Part shown: positions 1-8,638 of the stretch, in pieces
Layout: each line of letters opens with the position of its first letter
Position numbering within the stretch: the first letter of the stretch is position 1
DNA from: an uncultured Alphaproteobacteria bacterium
GTDB lineage: Bacteria; Pseudomonadota; Alphaproteobacteria; Rhizobiales; Xanthobacteraceae
NCBI GenBank assembly: GCA_963842645.1
Contig: CAWJGY010000009.1
Span: forward strand, 15,433 to 79,432
Length of the DNA: 64,000 nucleotides
Direction of reading: 5' to 3'
Notes under the pieces: generated by a model
Told to the model about the DNA's origin: nothing
The model's input: the letters and a program-made list of their open reading frames with translations, nothing else
Databases searched by the model: none
Made by a program: the position numbers and the translations under genes

Positions 1-104
1 TCGCCGTGCTGTTCGTGCCGTCGTTCTTCGTCGTAGTGCAGCGCTTGGAAGAATGGCGCAAGGCTCGGAAGGGCCCCGTGGTCGGTAGCGTACCCGCGCA
101 ATAG
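1..104 (+). CDS. RND efflux permease (AcrB/MexF-like), C-terminal fragment
   Basis: Frame from base 3 reads AVLFVPSFFVVVQRLEEWRKARK...Q* (TAG 102-104), typical of the last TM helix of HAE1 RND pumps; gene starts outside window. Confidence 0.65.
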   Translation, partial: AVLFVPSFFVVVQRLEEWRKARKGPVVGSVPAQ

Positions 105-259
105 CCTTCCAAGACCGCGTGAGCGTCGTGTATCCATCCAGAGTCTTGGTCGGTCCATCGCAGCGCCGCTTCGCCACGCTCTCGATCAAGCATTAACGAC
201 CGCCGATTCAGCGCCAAGACCGATGTGGGCCAAAAGCTGCGTATCCGTACTTTTCGGCG

Positions 260-373
260 GATATCCGGGTAAACCCCAGAAGTAGACATTCAGTGGCCGA
301 TGTCCGCTTTGGGTCATTAGCGGACATCGGCGGCTCAAATTGCGATGTCCGCTATACCCCACTAGCAAACATC
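260..373. repeat. Palindromic hairpin array 1 (GATGTCCGCT-N10-AGCGGACATC family)
   Basis: Units 299-328 and 344-373 separated by a 15-bp spacer; degenerate unit at 260-290. Confidence 0.9.
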
Positions 374-381
374 GCGCCGCG

Positions 382-404
382 CTATTCGATCACCTCGTCG
401 GTGC
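382..404 (-). repeat. Orphan copy of the 3' tip (R-T-D-E-V-I-E-stop) of the ABC substrate-binding gene
   Basis: ctattcgatcacctcgtcgg is identical at 382-401 and 789-808. Confidence 0.85.
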
Positions 405-659
405 GAGCAGCGGTGCTGGCGGAAAACAGGTTTTGAAAGCAAGACGTCACGGCGCGCTGGTGTGGGGGGGCGTTGGGGGCGCGCGCCGTGACGGTCTTCC
501 AGAGGAACGTCGTAATTAAAGCGGCTGCACCCGCAGTTTCCATTGACCTTTGGGAAGACCGGACTGGCCGTTGGTATAGGTTTCGCGACCGGAGCCATCC
601 GGCTCTAGCGCCCTCCAATAGCGGAACCGGCTTCGCTACTGCGACCTTAGATGCTGAAC

Positions 660-780
660 AATGTCCGCTTTGGGTCATTAGCCGACATCCGGGGCTCAAA
701 TTGCGACGTCCGCTATACCCCCAATAGCGGACATCCGGCGGACGGAATTGAATGTCCGCTAAGTGCCAGAAGCGGACATC
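660..780. repeat. Palindromic hairpin array 2 (three units)
   Basis: Units 660-689, 705-735, 751-780 with 15-bp spacers; loops TTGGGTCA-, TACCCC- and GTGCCA-type. Confidence 0.92.
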
Positions 781-788
781 GATTTTGC

Positions 789-1787
789 CTATTCGATCAC
801 CTCGTCGGCGCGGCCGAGCATGGTCGCGGGCACGGTGATGCCCAACGCCTTCGCGGTCTTGAGGTTGATCACCATCTCGAACTTGCTCGCCGCCTGCACC
901 GGCAGATCGCCGGGCTTCGCGCCCTTCAGGATGCGATCGACGTAAGTCGCGGCCTGAGCATAGATGTCCGGCTGCGATACTCCATAGGACATCAAGCCGC
1001 CGCTCGCGGGATACATGCGTACATGATAGATCGAGGGCAGGCGGTGCCGCCGCGCGGCGTCGGCGATGATCTGACGATGCCGCGAGCCGATCCCGCTGGG
1101 CAGCACAATCAGGCCGCCGTTCGGGGTGCGGGCGAACGCATCGAGCGCCGACGTAATCTCGGCGGTATTGCTCGCCGGCGCAGGAACCACTTCGACGCCC
1201 ATGGGCTGCGCAATCGCACCAATGGCACGCTGATAGGCATTCCAGGCCGGATGGTCCGGATTCTGCAACACGGCGACGCGCGTAACACCGGGGGCCACCT
1301 CCTTGAGCATCTCCAGCCATTTTCCGGCGAAGGAGTGCTCGAAGATGGTGAAGCCGGTGATGTTGCCGCCCGGCCGCGCGAGGCTTGTGACAAACCCATC
1401 GCTGACCGGATCGGTGACCATCGTGAACACAATCGGTGTGATCTTGGTCCGGCGATGCAGCGCCGCCAGGATAGGGGCACCGGTCGTCACAATCACGTCT
1501 GCGCCAAGGGTGTCGAGCTCGGCGGCGAACGCTTGTATGGCCGCCGCTTCGGCCCGATCACCAATCCAGCGCTGTTCGACCCGTATATTACGGCCATCGA
1601 CCCAGCCGAGCCTCCGTAAAGACTCATGGAAAGCAGCACTGTAGCGCTGTTCTTCAGGATCGCTCGGCCCGGCTCCGCCCATCCAAAACACGACACGCGG
1701 GACACGCCCTGACTGTTGCGCATGAGTGGCGAGCGGCCACGCGGCCGTCGCTCCACTAAGCAGCGTCATAAAATCGCGCCGTCGCAT
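789..1787 (-). CDS. ABC transporter substrate-binding protein (ABC_sub_bind family), Tat-like signal
   Basis: MRRRDFMTLL..AAWPLATHAQQ N-terminus; SLARPGGNITG, GGLMSYG, YVDRILKGAKPGDLPVQ, INLKTAKALG..RADEVIE motifs. Confidence 0.92.
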   Translation of the reverse strand: MRRRDFMTLLSGATAAWPLATHAQQSGRVPRVVFWMGGAGPSDPEEQRYSAAFHESLRRLGWVDGRNIRVEQRWIGDRAEAAAIQAFAAELDTLGADVIVTTGAPILAALHRRTKITPIVFTMVTDPVSDGFVTSLARPGGNITGFTIFEHSFAGKWLEMLKEVAPGVTRVAVLQNPDHPAWNAYQRAIGAIAQPMGVEVVPAPASNTAEITSALDAFARTPNGGLIVLPSGIGSRHRQIIADAARRHRLPSIYHVRMYPASGGLMSYGVSQPDIYAQAATYVDRILKGAKPGDLPVQAASKFEMVINLKTAKALGITVPATMLGRADEVIE

Positions 1788-1869
1788 GTGCTCCTACAGA
1801 TCACGCCGTGTCCGAGCGCTGACTGTAGCAGCCCCGGAGGAGTTGGTCTGTGAGATCCGGCGCGCTACC

Positions 1870-1989
1870 GATGTCCGCTTTGGGTCAAAAGCCGACTTCA
1901 GAGCCTCGAATTGCGATGTCGCTCTACCCCCGAAAGCGGACATCTGGGGATCGGGCCGGGATGTCCGCCTAGGGCCAATTGAGTCACTT
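1870..1989. repeat. Palindromic hairpin array 3 (three units, same order and orientation as array 2)
   Basis: Units 1870-1899, 1915-1944, 1960-~1989 with 15-bp spacers. Confidence 0.88.
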
Positions 1990-2198
1990 TGCACCGCCGC
2001 AACTAGTACCGTTACTATATCGCTTCGGCGGCACCGGCGGCCGAGAAACCTATACCCCTGCTGAAGGACAACTTTAGTAATCGTGTGAAACAAGCAGAAT
2101 TCGGCCCCGATTGAGCGTGGTGGACAACCCCGTCGCGCAATGGACGGCTGCTGCATTGCAGCCTACTGCTTGGGAACTACCGCGCTCCGGAATTCTAG

Positions 2199-3905
2199 AT
2201 GAGCATCCGCAAGAAAATATTTCTGCTTGCCGGCATTCTTCTGGCGCTTTTCGGCGTGGTGGTCGGCGTGCTTGCCGCGATGCAGAAGTTGGACGGCGAA
2301 CAGATCAACAATATTGTCAGCTATGAGCTGCCGTTGTCGCGGTTGATCTCTGAATTCGACGTCGGCACAGACCGCTACGAACTAAACATCATGCGCGTGT
2401 TGCGGCTGAATACCATCAGCCCGGATGAGTTGCGCGCGGCGGTCTCTACTCAACGCATATTGACCGATGGGCTGCAAAAGGACGTCGACGCAATCAAATT
2501 GCTAGTGCAGCGGGCGTTTGGCGATTCTCGCTACCGCGCCGAAGACCGCGTCGACCTGGCGCGCGTCGAAGGATCGTTCAAGTACATTGTTCGTAACCTC
2601 GACGGATTTCTGGCTGTCGGGGAACAAACGATGGGCAGGCTTGTCGACGGCAACCGCGACGAAGCGAAAAATGCCTCGCTCGGTTTCGAGAAGTACGCGC
2701 AGGCCTTCGGCCCAGATCTGACGGAAATCCGACACGGCCTTGCCAGCATGACCGAGCGAGCCACCCGCTCCGTGCTGACACGGCAGCAGGTCAACACCTA
2801 TCTGAGCTTTGCCCTGTTCATCGCTGCCTGTGGCATCGGTCTCGGCATCAGCGCCGTGGGATCGGCCCAAGCAGTGAGCGGTCTGCGCCAACTCGTGGCC
2901 AGTGCCCGCGCCATCGCGTCCGGTGCGAACTCGGAACCGGTTGTCATTCTCACGCGCGACGAGGTCGGGGAACTGGCACGGTCGTTTAACAGCATGGTCG
3001 AGGAGCTGCGCTCACGCGAGCATATCAAGGACACCTTCGGCAAATTTGTTGATCCTCGCCTCATCAACCAGCTTGTCGGAAACGGAGCGAACCACGCTGA
3101 GCGCCGTACGCTCACCATATTTTTTTCCGACATCGCTGACTTCAGCAGCATCAGCGAGCAGCTCACCGCAAGCGCCCTCGTCAACCTACTGAATAGCTAT
3201 TTTAGCGAAGTTGCCACTGTCATCCACGAGCATCGTGGCTTCATCGACAAATATATCGGTGATGCCGTTATGGCTTTCTGGATTTCGCCGTTCTCTGCGG
3301 GAGACGCGCACGCCAGCGATGCCTGCCTCGCGGCGCTGGCTCAGCAAGAGGCTATGGTCGCGCTTCGCGCCAAGCTGCCGGAGATCACTGGGATGCGGCG
3401 CAATCCACCGAAGCTTGAGATTCGCATGGGCATTGCAACCGGCGAAGCAGTGGTAGGCACAGTCGGCTCATCGTCCTCACGGTCGTATACAGTCGTGGGT
3501 GATACCGTGAACCTCGCCTCGCGAATCGAAAGCATCAGCAAGGTCTATCGTTGCTCGATCATCTTGAGTGAGGAAACCTTCAAGTTGGCGCAGGATTTCA
3601 TCGAAGCGCGCGAACTCGACATCATCACCGTCGTGGGCAAGACGGAGCCGATCCGCATCTATGAAGCGATGGGTCGCGCAGGCAAGCTTCAGCCCGACCA
3701 GATTGCGTTGCGCGACCTGTTCGCAGAGGGCCTAGCAGCCTATCGCCTGGGGAACTGGGACGACGCGCAGAGCCGTTTCGAGAACTGCCTCCGTCACGCT
3801 CCGGAGGATCGACCCTCACATCTCTTCCTGGAGCGCATCTTCACCTTTCGAAATGAGGCTCCACCAGCGGACTGGAACGGGATCTGGCATTTTTCCGAGA
3901 AATAA
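2199..3905 (+). CDS. Membrane adenylate/guanylate cyclase (TM-periplasmic-TM-HAMP-class III cyclase, TPR-like tail)
   Basis: HAMP (RDEVGELARSFNSM); cyclase motifs FSDIADFS, DKYIGDAVMAF, YTVVGDTVNLASRIE. Confidence 0.92.
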   Translation: MSIRKKIFLLAGILLALFGVVVGVLAAMQKLDGEQINNIVSYELPLSRLISEFDVGTDRYELNIMRVLRLNTISPDELRAAVSTQRILTDGLQKDVDAIKLLVQRAFGDSRYRAEDRVDLARVEGSFKYIVRNLDGFLAVGEQTMGRLVDGNRDEAKNASLGFEKYAQAFGPDLTEIRHGLASMTERATRSVLTRQQVNTYLSFALFIAACGIGLGISAVGSAQAVSGLRQLVASARAIASGANSEPVVILTRDEVGELARSFNSMVEELRSREHIKDTFGKFVDPRLINQLVGNGANHAERRTLTIFFSDIADFSSISEQLTASALVNLLNSYFSEVATVIHEHRGFIDKYIGDAVMAFWISPFSAGDAHASDACLAALAQQEAMVALRAKLPEITGMRRNPPKLEIRMGIATGEAVVGTVGSSSSRSYTVVGDTVNLASRIESISKVYRCSIILSEETFKLAQDFIEARELDIITVVGKTEPIRIYEAMGRAGKLQPDQIALRDLFAEGLAAYRLGNWDDAQSRFENCLRHAPEDRPSHLFLERIFTFRNEAPPADWNGIWHFSEK

Positions 3906-3999
3906 AGAGAGCTTGGCTAGGGGCATCTCGGCATCAGATGGGATCACCATAAGACGCGAGGTGTGGGTTGGCTGCTTTCGATTAAACTATTGAAAACGC

Positions 4000-4074
4000 T
4001 GGCGCTCCCTGGGGGAATCGAACCCCCGTTTCAGCCTTGAGAGGGCCGCGTCCTAACCGCTAGACGAAGGGAGC
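4000..4074 (-). tRNA. tRNA-Glu(CTC)
   Basis: Reverse complement GCTCCCTTCGTCTAGCGGTTAGGACGCGGCCCT-CTC-AAGGCTGAAACGGGGGTTCGATTCCCCCAGGGAGCGCCA folds as a cloverleaf with GTTCGA T-loop and CCA end. Confidence 0.97.
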
Positions 4075-4142
4075 CTCCGGCAAGGGTTTGAAATAGCCTT
4101 GATCCCGCGGACAGGCAAGCCATCACCCAGCTTCCGCAAGCC

Positions 4143-4484
4143 TCACGGCTCGGTGGCAAAGCGCAGCCGCCCGGTGGGTTTCAGCGTCTTGAGATCGAAG
4201 GTCCGCACCTCGACCATACCGCCCTGCTCGATCGTCACCGCGATGCGGTCGTCGGCGACGGCAGTCGCGATCACCTTGGCGCCCTTGGGCAGCAGCGCAG
4301 TGACCTCCGCCGGCGCGACGCTTCCATTGGCGCGGAAAAAGCGATAGCCGATGACGCCAACGACGACGGCGATGCCGAGCAAGGTGGCGAAGCCCGAGAT
4401 CAGCATCAGCCATCGCACCCGGGCGACGATCCTCTGCTGCTCGGGCGGAAGCGGCTGCTCGTCGTCCGGTGCGGAAGTGCTCAT
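4143..4484 (-). CDS. Small single-TM hypothetical protein divergent from rluD (DUF6476-like)
   Basis: One hydrophobic helix followed by LPKGAKVIATAV..RIAVTI; start uncertain (4484-4493). Confidence 0.7.
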   Translation of the reverse strand: MSTSAPDDEQPLPPEQQRIVARVRWLMLISGFATLLGIAVVVGVIGYRFFRANGSVAPAEVTALLPKGAKVIATAVADDRIAVTIEQGGMVEVRTFDLKTLKPTGRLRFATEP

Positions 4485-4528
4485 ATTCACCAAAGCTATT
4501 GTATTTGAAGCTCTTGGGCTCCCAGAAA

Positions 4529-5521
4529 ATGCCGCAGGCAGGCAGGGAAACGGTCACTATCTCCGGCGAACAGGCCGGCCAGCGGCTCGACCGCGTTCTC
4601 GCCGGCAATTCCGCACTGTCGCGTACGCGGCTCAAGGCGCTGATTCTCGCCGGCGCGGTCACGATCGGCGCCCGCACGATCCGCGATCCGGGCTATCGCG
4701 TCAACGCCGGCGAAACCGTCGCGGTGGCGGTACCGGCGCCCGAACCGGCCGAGCCCGAGGGCGAGCACATCCCGCTCAACATCGTGTTCGAGGACGACGA
4801 GATCATCGTCATCGACAAGCCGGCCGGACTGGTGGTGCATCCGGCCGCGGGCCACGCCACCGGAACGCTGGTGAACGCGTTGATCGCCCATTGCGGCGAC
4901 AGCCTTTCCGGCATCGGCGGGGTCAGGCGGCCGGGTATCGTGCACCGGCTGGACAAGGACACCACCGGGCTCATGGTGGTGGCCAAAACCGACCGCGCCC
5001 ATCAAGCACTGGCGGCCCAGTTCGCCGATCACGGCCGCACCGGGCCGCTACGGCGCGGCTATCTGGCGTTCGCCTGGGGCGCGCCAATCCGCTCCAAAGG
5101 CACCATCAACGAGCCGATCGACCGCCATCCCAAGAGCCGCGACCGGATGTCAGTGCGTGCCGGCGGACGCGCGGCCATCACCCACTGGCACGTGCTGGAG
5201 CGATTTACCGGCAAGGACCGCAAACCGGCGGCGAGCCTGATCGAATGCCGGCTGGAAACCGGCCGCACGCACCAGATCCGCGTCCATCTCGCCCACGCCG
5301 GCCATCCCCTCCTGGGCGACGCTGTCTATGGACCCGGCTTCAAGACCAAGGCGGCCAGGCTGCCGCCGGCGTCCCAGGAGGCCTTGGGGGGTCTTGGAAG
5401 GCAGGCCCTGCATGCTTATCTACTTGCAATTGAGCATCCGAAGTCAGGGCAAAGGCTGGAGTTCCGATCGGAACTGCCGGTCGATCTCGTCCGTTTACAC
5501 CACAGCTTATCCGCGGGCTGA
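4529..5521 (+). CDS. rluD: RluA-family pseudouridine synthase (RluD)
   Basis: S4 domain (RLDRVLA..SRTRLK), DKPAGLVVHP, GIVHRLDKDTTG, TGRTHQIRVH, RQALHA. Confidence 0.92.
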   Translation: MPQAGRETVTISGEQAGQRLDRVLAGNSALSRTRLKALILAGAVTIGARTIRDPGYRVNAGETVAVAVPAPEPAEPEGEHIPLNIVFEDDEIIVIDKPAGLVVHPAAGHATGTLVNALIAHCGDSLSGIGGVRRPGIVHRLDKDTTGLMVVAKTDRAHQALAAQFADHGRTGPLRRGYLAFAWGAPIRSKGTINEPIDRHPKSRDRMSVRAGGRAAITHWHVLERFTGKDRKPAASLIECRLETGRTHQIRVHLAHAGHPLLGDAVYGPGFKTKAARLPPASQEALGGLGRQALHAYLLAIEHPKSGQRLEFRSELPVDLVRLHHSLSAG

Positions 5522-5734
5522 TACCGCCACACGCCGTAAAATCCCTAATTTTACAGGGGCTTGAGGGGGTGCGACGAAAGTCACCGGGGGTCACGGTGGT
5601 GTGAAGGGGGGTTCTCTTCCTTTCGCCTCATTTGCTCCGGTATGCTGCACTGCAGGAAGTGCCGTCGGCTCGGGGAGCGACGGTGCGTATCGCCCGCCGG
5701 GGAATCCGGGGGCAAACGAATGGAGGGCGCTAAA

Positions 5735-6646
5735 ATGGCCCGTACTGCGGCTTTGCCGATCATGACCGCCGAAGGCGGTCTTACCCGATACCTGGAAGAA
5801 ATCCGCCGGTTCCCGATGCTGGAACCGCAGGAAGAATTCATGCTGGCCAAGCGCTGGCGCGAGCACGGTGACCGCGACGCGGCGCACCGGCTCGTCACCA
5901 GCCATTTGCGGCTGGTGGCCAAGATCGCCATGGGCTACCGCGGCTACGGCCTGCCGATCTCCGAGGTGATCTCGGAGGGTAACGTCGGCCTGATGCAGGC
6001 GGTGAAGCGGTTCGAGCCGGACAAGGGCTTCCGCCTCGCCACCTACGCGATGTGGTGGATCAAGGCCTCGATCCAGGAATACATCCTGCGCTCGTGGTCG
6101 CTCGTGAAGATGGGCACCACCGCGAACCAGAAGAAGCTTTTCTTCAACCTGCGCAAGGCCAAGAGCAAGATCTCCGCGCTACAGGAGGGCGACCTTCGCC
6201 CCGATCAGGTGCAGGTCATTGCCAAGCGCCTCGGCGTCACCGAGCAGGACGTGGTCGACATGAACCGCCGGCTCGGCGGCGATGCCTCGCTCAACGCGCC
6301 GATCCGCGAGGACGGCGACTCGGGCGAGTGGCAGGACTGGCTCGCTGACGACAGCGAAAGCCAGGAGACGGTGATGGCGGCGCACGAGGAGCTCGACAAC
6401 CGCCGCAAGGCGCTGTCATCGGCGCTCGGCGTGCTCAACGACCGGGAACGGCGCATCTTCGAGGCGCGGCGGCTTGTCGACGATCCGGTCACGCTCGAGG
6501 AACTGGCCGAGGAGTTCGGCGTGTCACGCGAGCGCGTGCGCCAGATCGAGGTGCGCGCCTTCGAGAAGGTGCAGAAGGCAGTGAAGAACAAGGTGTCGGC
6601 GATGGAAACACCGCCAGCGCAAGCCGAGGCCCTCACCGCCCATTAA
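5735..6646 (+). CDS. rpoH: RNA polymerase sigma factor RpoH (sigma32)
   Basis: RpoH box QKKLFFNLR, GFRLATYAMWWIKA, GVSRERVRQIE; RBS GGAGG before ATG 5735. Confidence 0.97.
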   Translation: MARTAALPIMTAEGGLTRYLEEIRRFPMLEPQEEFMLAKRWREHGDRDAAHRLVTSHLRLVAKIAMGYRGYGLPISEVISEGNVGLMQAVKRFEPDKGFRLATYAMWWIKASIQEYILRSWSLVKMGTTANQKKLFFNLRKAKSKISALQEGDLRPDQVQVIAKRLGVTEQDVVDMNRRLGGDASLNAPIREDGDSGEWQDWLADDSESQETVMAAHEELDNRRKALSSALGVLNDRERRIFEARRLVDDPVTLEELAEEFGVSRERVRQIEVRAFEKVQKAVKNKVSAMETPPAQAEALTAH

Positions 6647-6666
6647 GGCGCTGCCCGATGAATGCG

Positions 6667-6696
6667 AAACGCCGCCGCTAGGCGGCGTTTTATTTT
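6667..6696 (+). terminator. Rho-independent terminator after rpoH
   Basis: aaacgccgcc-gcta-ggcggcgttt followed by tatttt. Confidence 0.8.
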
Positions 6697-6707
6697 GCGT
6701 GAACAGC

Positions 6708-8249
6708 TCAACGCCTCGACCAACCGCGCCGAATGCCGCGCTGCAAAGCCGACCGGCTCCATCCCCGATCGCTTGTCGCCCAGCGCATCGGCCAAATATT
6801 CGACCAGCGCCGCGTGCGCTGCATAGCGCCATGCTCGCGTTCCAGCGCCGCCTGACGTTCGAAGTCGTCGATCAGCATCCGGCCCACCTTGCGGGCATAG
6901 GCCGACGCGGTCACTGAGGAAACCGCAAGCCCAACCAAATTCGGGCCAGGCACGAAGTGGACGATGGTCGAGGCAGCAAGAGTTCCGAGTCGTGTGGGCA
7001 GCATGCCTCCCATCAATCCGATCGCGATGGCATAGGCGCTGTTATCCTCAATCGGCACGCCATAGACCTCGTTCAGCGCCTTCACCATGCGCACAATCAC
7101 GATCGAGACTGCTACAGCGTTTGCAATCGGCAGCGGGATAAATCCGCTGGCGCCGGAGTAATTGGCGTGGCGTTCCACGATGGCAATCGCCCGGATGCGC
7201 CGCTCAGCCGCCTCGATCTCGGCCAGCTCTGACTTCGTCGCCTCGGCCGTGGCCGCAGCCAAGTCCGCTCCGTTTTTCGGCATCCTGCCGATGACATTGT
7301 TCGTTGCGGCGGTAAAGCGCGCTGCGGCGCTTGTTTTCAGCCGCCGATTGGCGCCGATCCCGGTCGCCCGCATTGTCTTGATCGCCAGCGGGACGGCGCT
7401 CCTTTCGTTCGTGCCCGCGTCGCCTGCTTGACTTCCGTCAGGCACATTTGCCGCAGCCTCCAACGCGGCCCTGGTCTCTTCGACCAGGCCTTCAAGACGT
7501 GCATGATTCTGCAGAAGGCGATCGCTGGTCAGACGAAGGAAGTAGTATCCGAATTCCGAATTTTGCAGATAAATCTCGTGCAGCCTGTCGTACCCAATCG
7601 TCAGAACCTGACCGTCCTCGATACATTCGACCGATTGCGTGCGGTGGTTATTCGGCGAAAGAAATCCAAGTTCGCCCAACACACGCTCGGCCGGAATTTC
7701 GATATTGATTTCGGTCACCAGGAATTTTCCGGTCACCGTCAGAAACATTTCCGTGGCGGGATCGCCCTTGTGAAACAGCACGTCGCCTTTTTTGTACTCT
7801 CGCGACGTCATGAATGGCCGAAGCCATTCCAACGACAAGGTGCCTTGCGCCGAGCTTCGTGCCTTCTTGATTAGGCTCTTGATCTGAACGAGGCGCACGA
7901 CGTTGACCGGCAGAGCCAGGAAGTACATCAGGAAATGCTGCACGGAGCCGGCCAGCAAGGCAGCCGTAAGAAAGAATACGATGCTGACGATGCAAAGGAC
8001 GCGCATCGGCACGATGGTGCGAACCACGAACGAGGAGATCAGAAATATCCCACCGGCCAGAGCCAGCACGTTCGTGAACGTGACCCCGGCAAGCGCGAGA
8101 TCCAGCAGGCGGTTGAATATCGCCTCATAGGTGATGTTGTCGGGGTCGAGACCGAGCTGGATCAGAATCCGCCCGATCGTAAGCTGCGTGCTCGCGTATT
8201 CGAGCGCGCGCTGAACCATCGCCGCTGGATCCAGGATTCCGACGCTCAT
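6708..8249 (-). CDS. Membrane cyclic-nucleotide-binding protein with C-terminal DUF697/YcjF-like domain
   Basis: N-terminal TM cluster; cNMP domain (KKGDVLFHKGD, GELGFL..RTQSV); C-terminal GFIPLP...FVPG helical hairpins. Confidence 0.75.
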   Translation of the reverse strand: MSVGILDPAAMVQRALEYASTQLTIGRILIQLGLDPDNITYEAIFNRLLDLALAGVTFTNVLALAGGIFLISSFVVRTIVPMRVLCIVSIVFFLTAALLAGSVQHFLMYFLALPVNVVRLVQIKSLIKKARSSAQGTLSLEWLRPFMTSREYKKGDVLFHKGDPATEMFLTVTGKFLVTEINIEIPAERVLGELGFLSPNNHRTQSVECIEDGQVLTIGYDRLHEIYLQNSEFGYYFLRLTSDRLLQNHARLEGLVEETRAALEAAANVPDGSQAGDAGTNERSAVPLAIKTMRATGIGANRRLKTSAAARFTAATNNVIGRMPKNGADLAAATAEATKSELAEIEAAERRIRAIAIVERHANYSGASGFIPLPIANAVAVSIVIVRMVKALNEVYGVPIEDNSAYAIAIGLMGGMLPTRLGTLAASTIVHFVPGPNLVGLAVSSVTASAYARKVGRMLIDDFERQAALEREHGAMQRTRRWSNIWPMRWATSDRGWSRSALQRGIRRGWSRR

Positions 8250-8398
8250 AGCTCTCCCCGGGACCGGGCTATTGGTATCCTACCTGGGCGCCGATGTCCC
8301 TAACGGTGCGGGCCAACCCTCACGGGTCAGCGAGATCAGGCTCAATTTCGGCTGCATCGCGCCTTGAGGTCGCCCCCGCAAAGGCGCATAGGGGTGGC

Positions 8399-8584
8399 AT
8401 GACCATCTTCAAATGCCCGCACTGCTCGGCCGAATATGAGTTCATCATGACTCACATCTCGTTCCGGCAGCGCAGCTACGCCAACTGCCAGGTGTGCTGG
8501 AAAGCGATGTACAGCTGGGACAGTTCCCGCGTCCCGCGCTTCACGCTCGTGGTGCAGCCTGACAACACCCGCGCGCATAATTAA
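8399..8584 (+). CDS. Small zinc-ribbon protein
   Basis: MTIFKCPHC...ANCQVC (CxxC-x20-CxxC); GGGGTGG RBS-like sequence upstream. Confidence 0.65.
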   Translation: MTIFKCPHCSAEYEFIMTHISFRQRSYANCQVCWKAMYSWDSSRVPRFTLVVQPDNTRAHN

Positions 8585-8638
8585 TTCGTTCCACAACTCG
8601 CATTTGCAATTGTTGCGATTTATGTCGAATGGTGGGAG

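Noticed and set aside
382-1320. 312-aa minus-strand ORF ending in TDEVIE as a real gene
   Set aside because: It is an alternative frame of the SBP gene running through repeats; only the last codons are homologous.
260-1989. CRISPR array (30-bp palindromes with regular spacing)
   Set aside because: Only 2-3 units per array; spacers are 15 bp and similar to each other; loops differ by position; no cas genes.
299-1989. Classical integron attC sites
   Set aside because: No RYYYAAC/GTTRRRY ends and no IntI gene; the hairpins are short, near-perfect palindromes.
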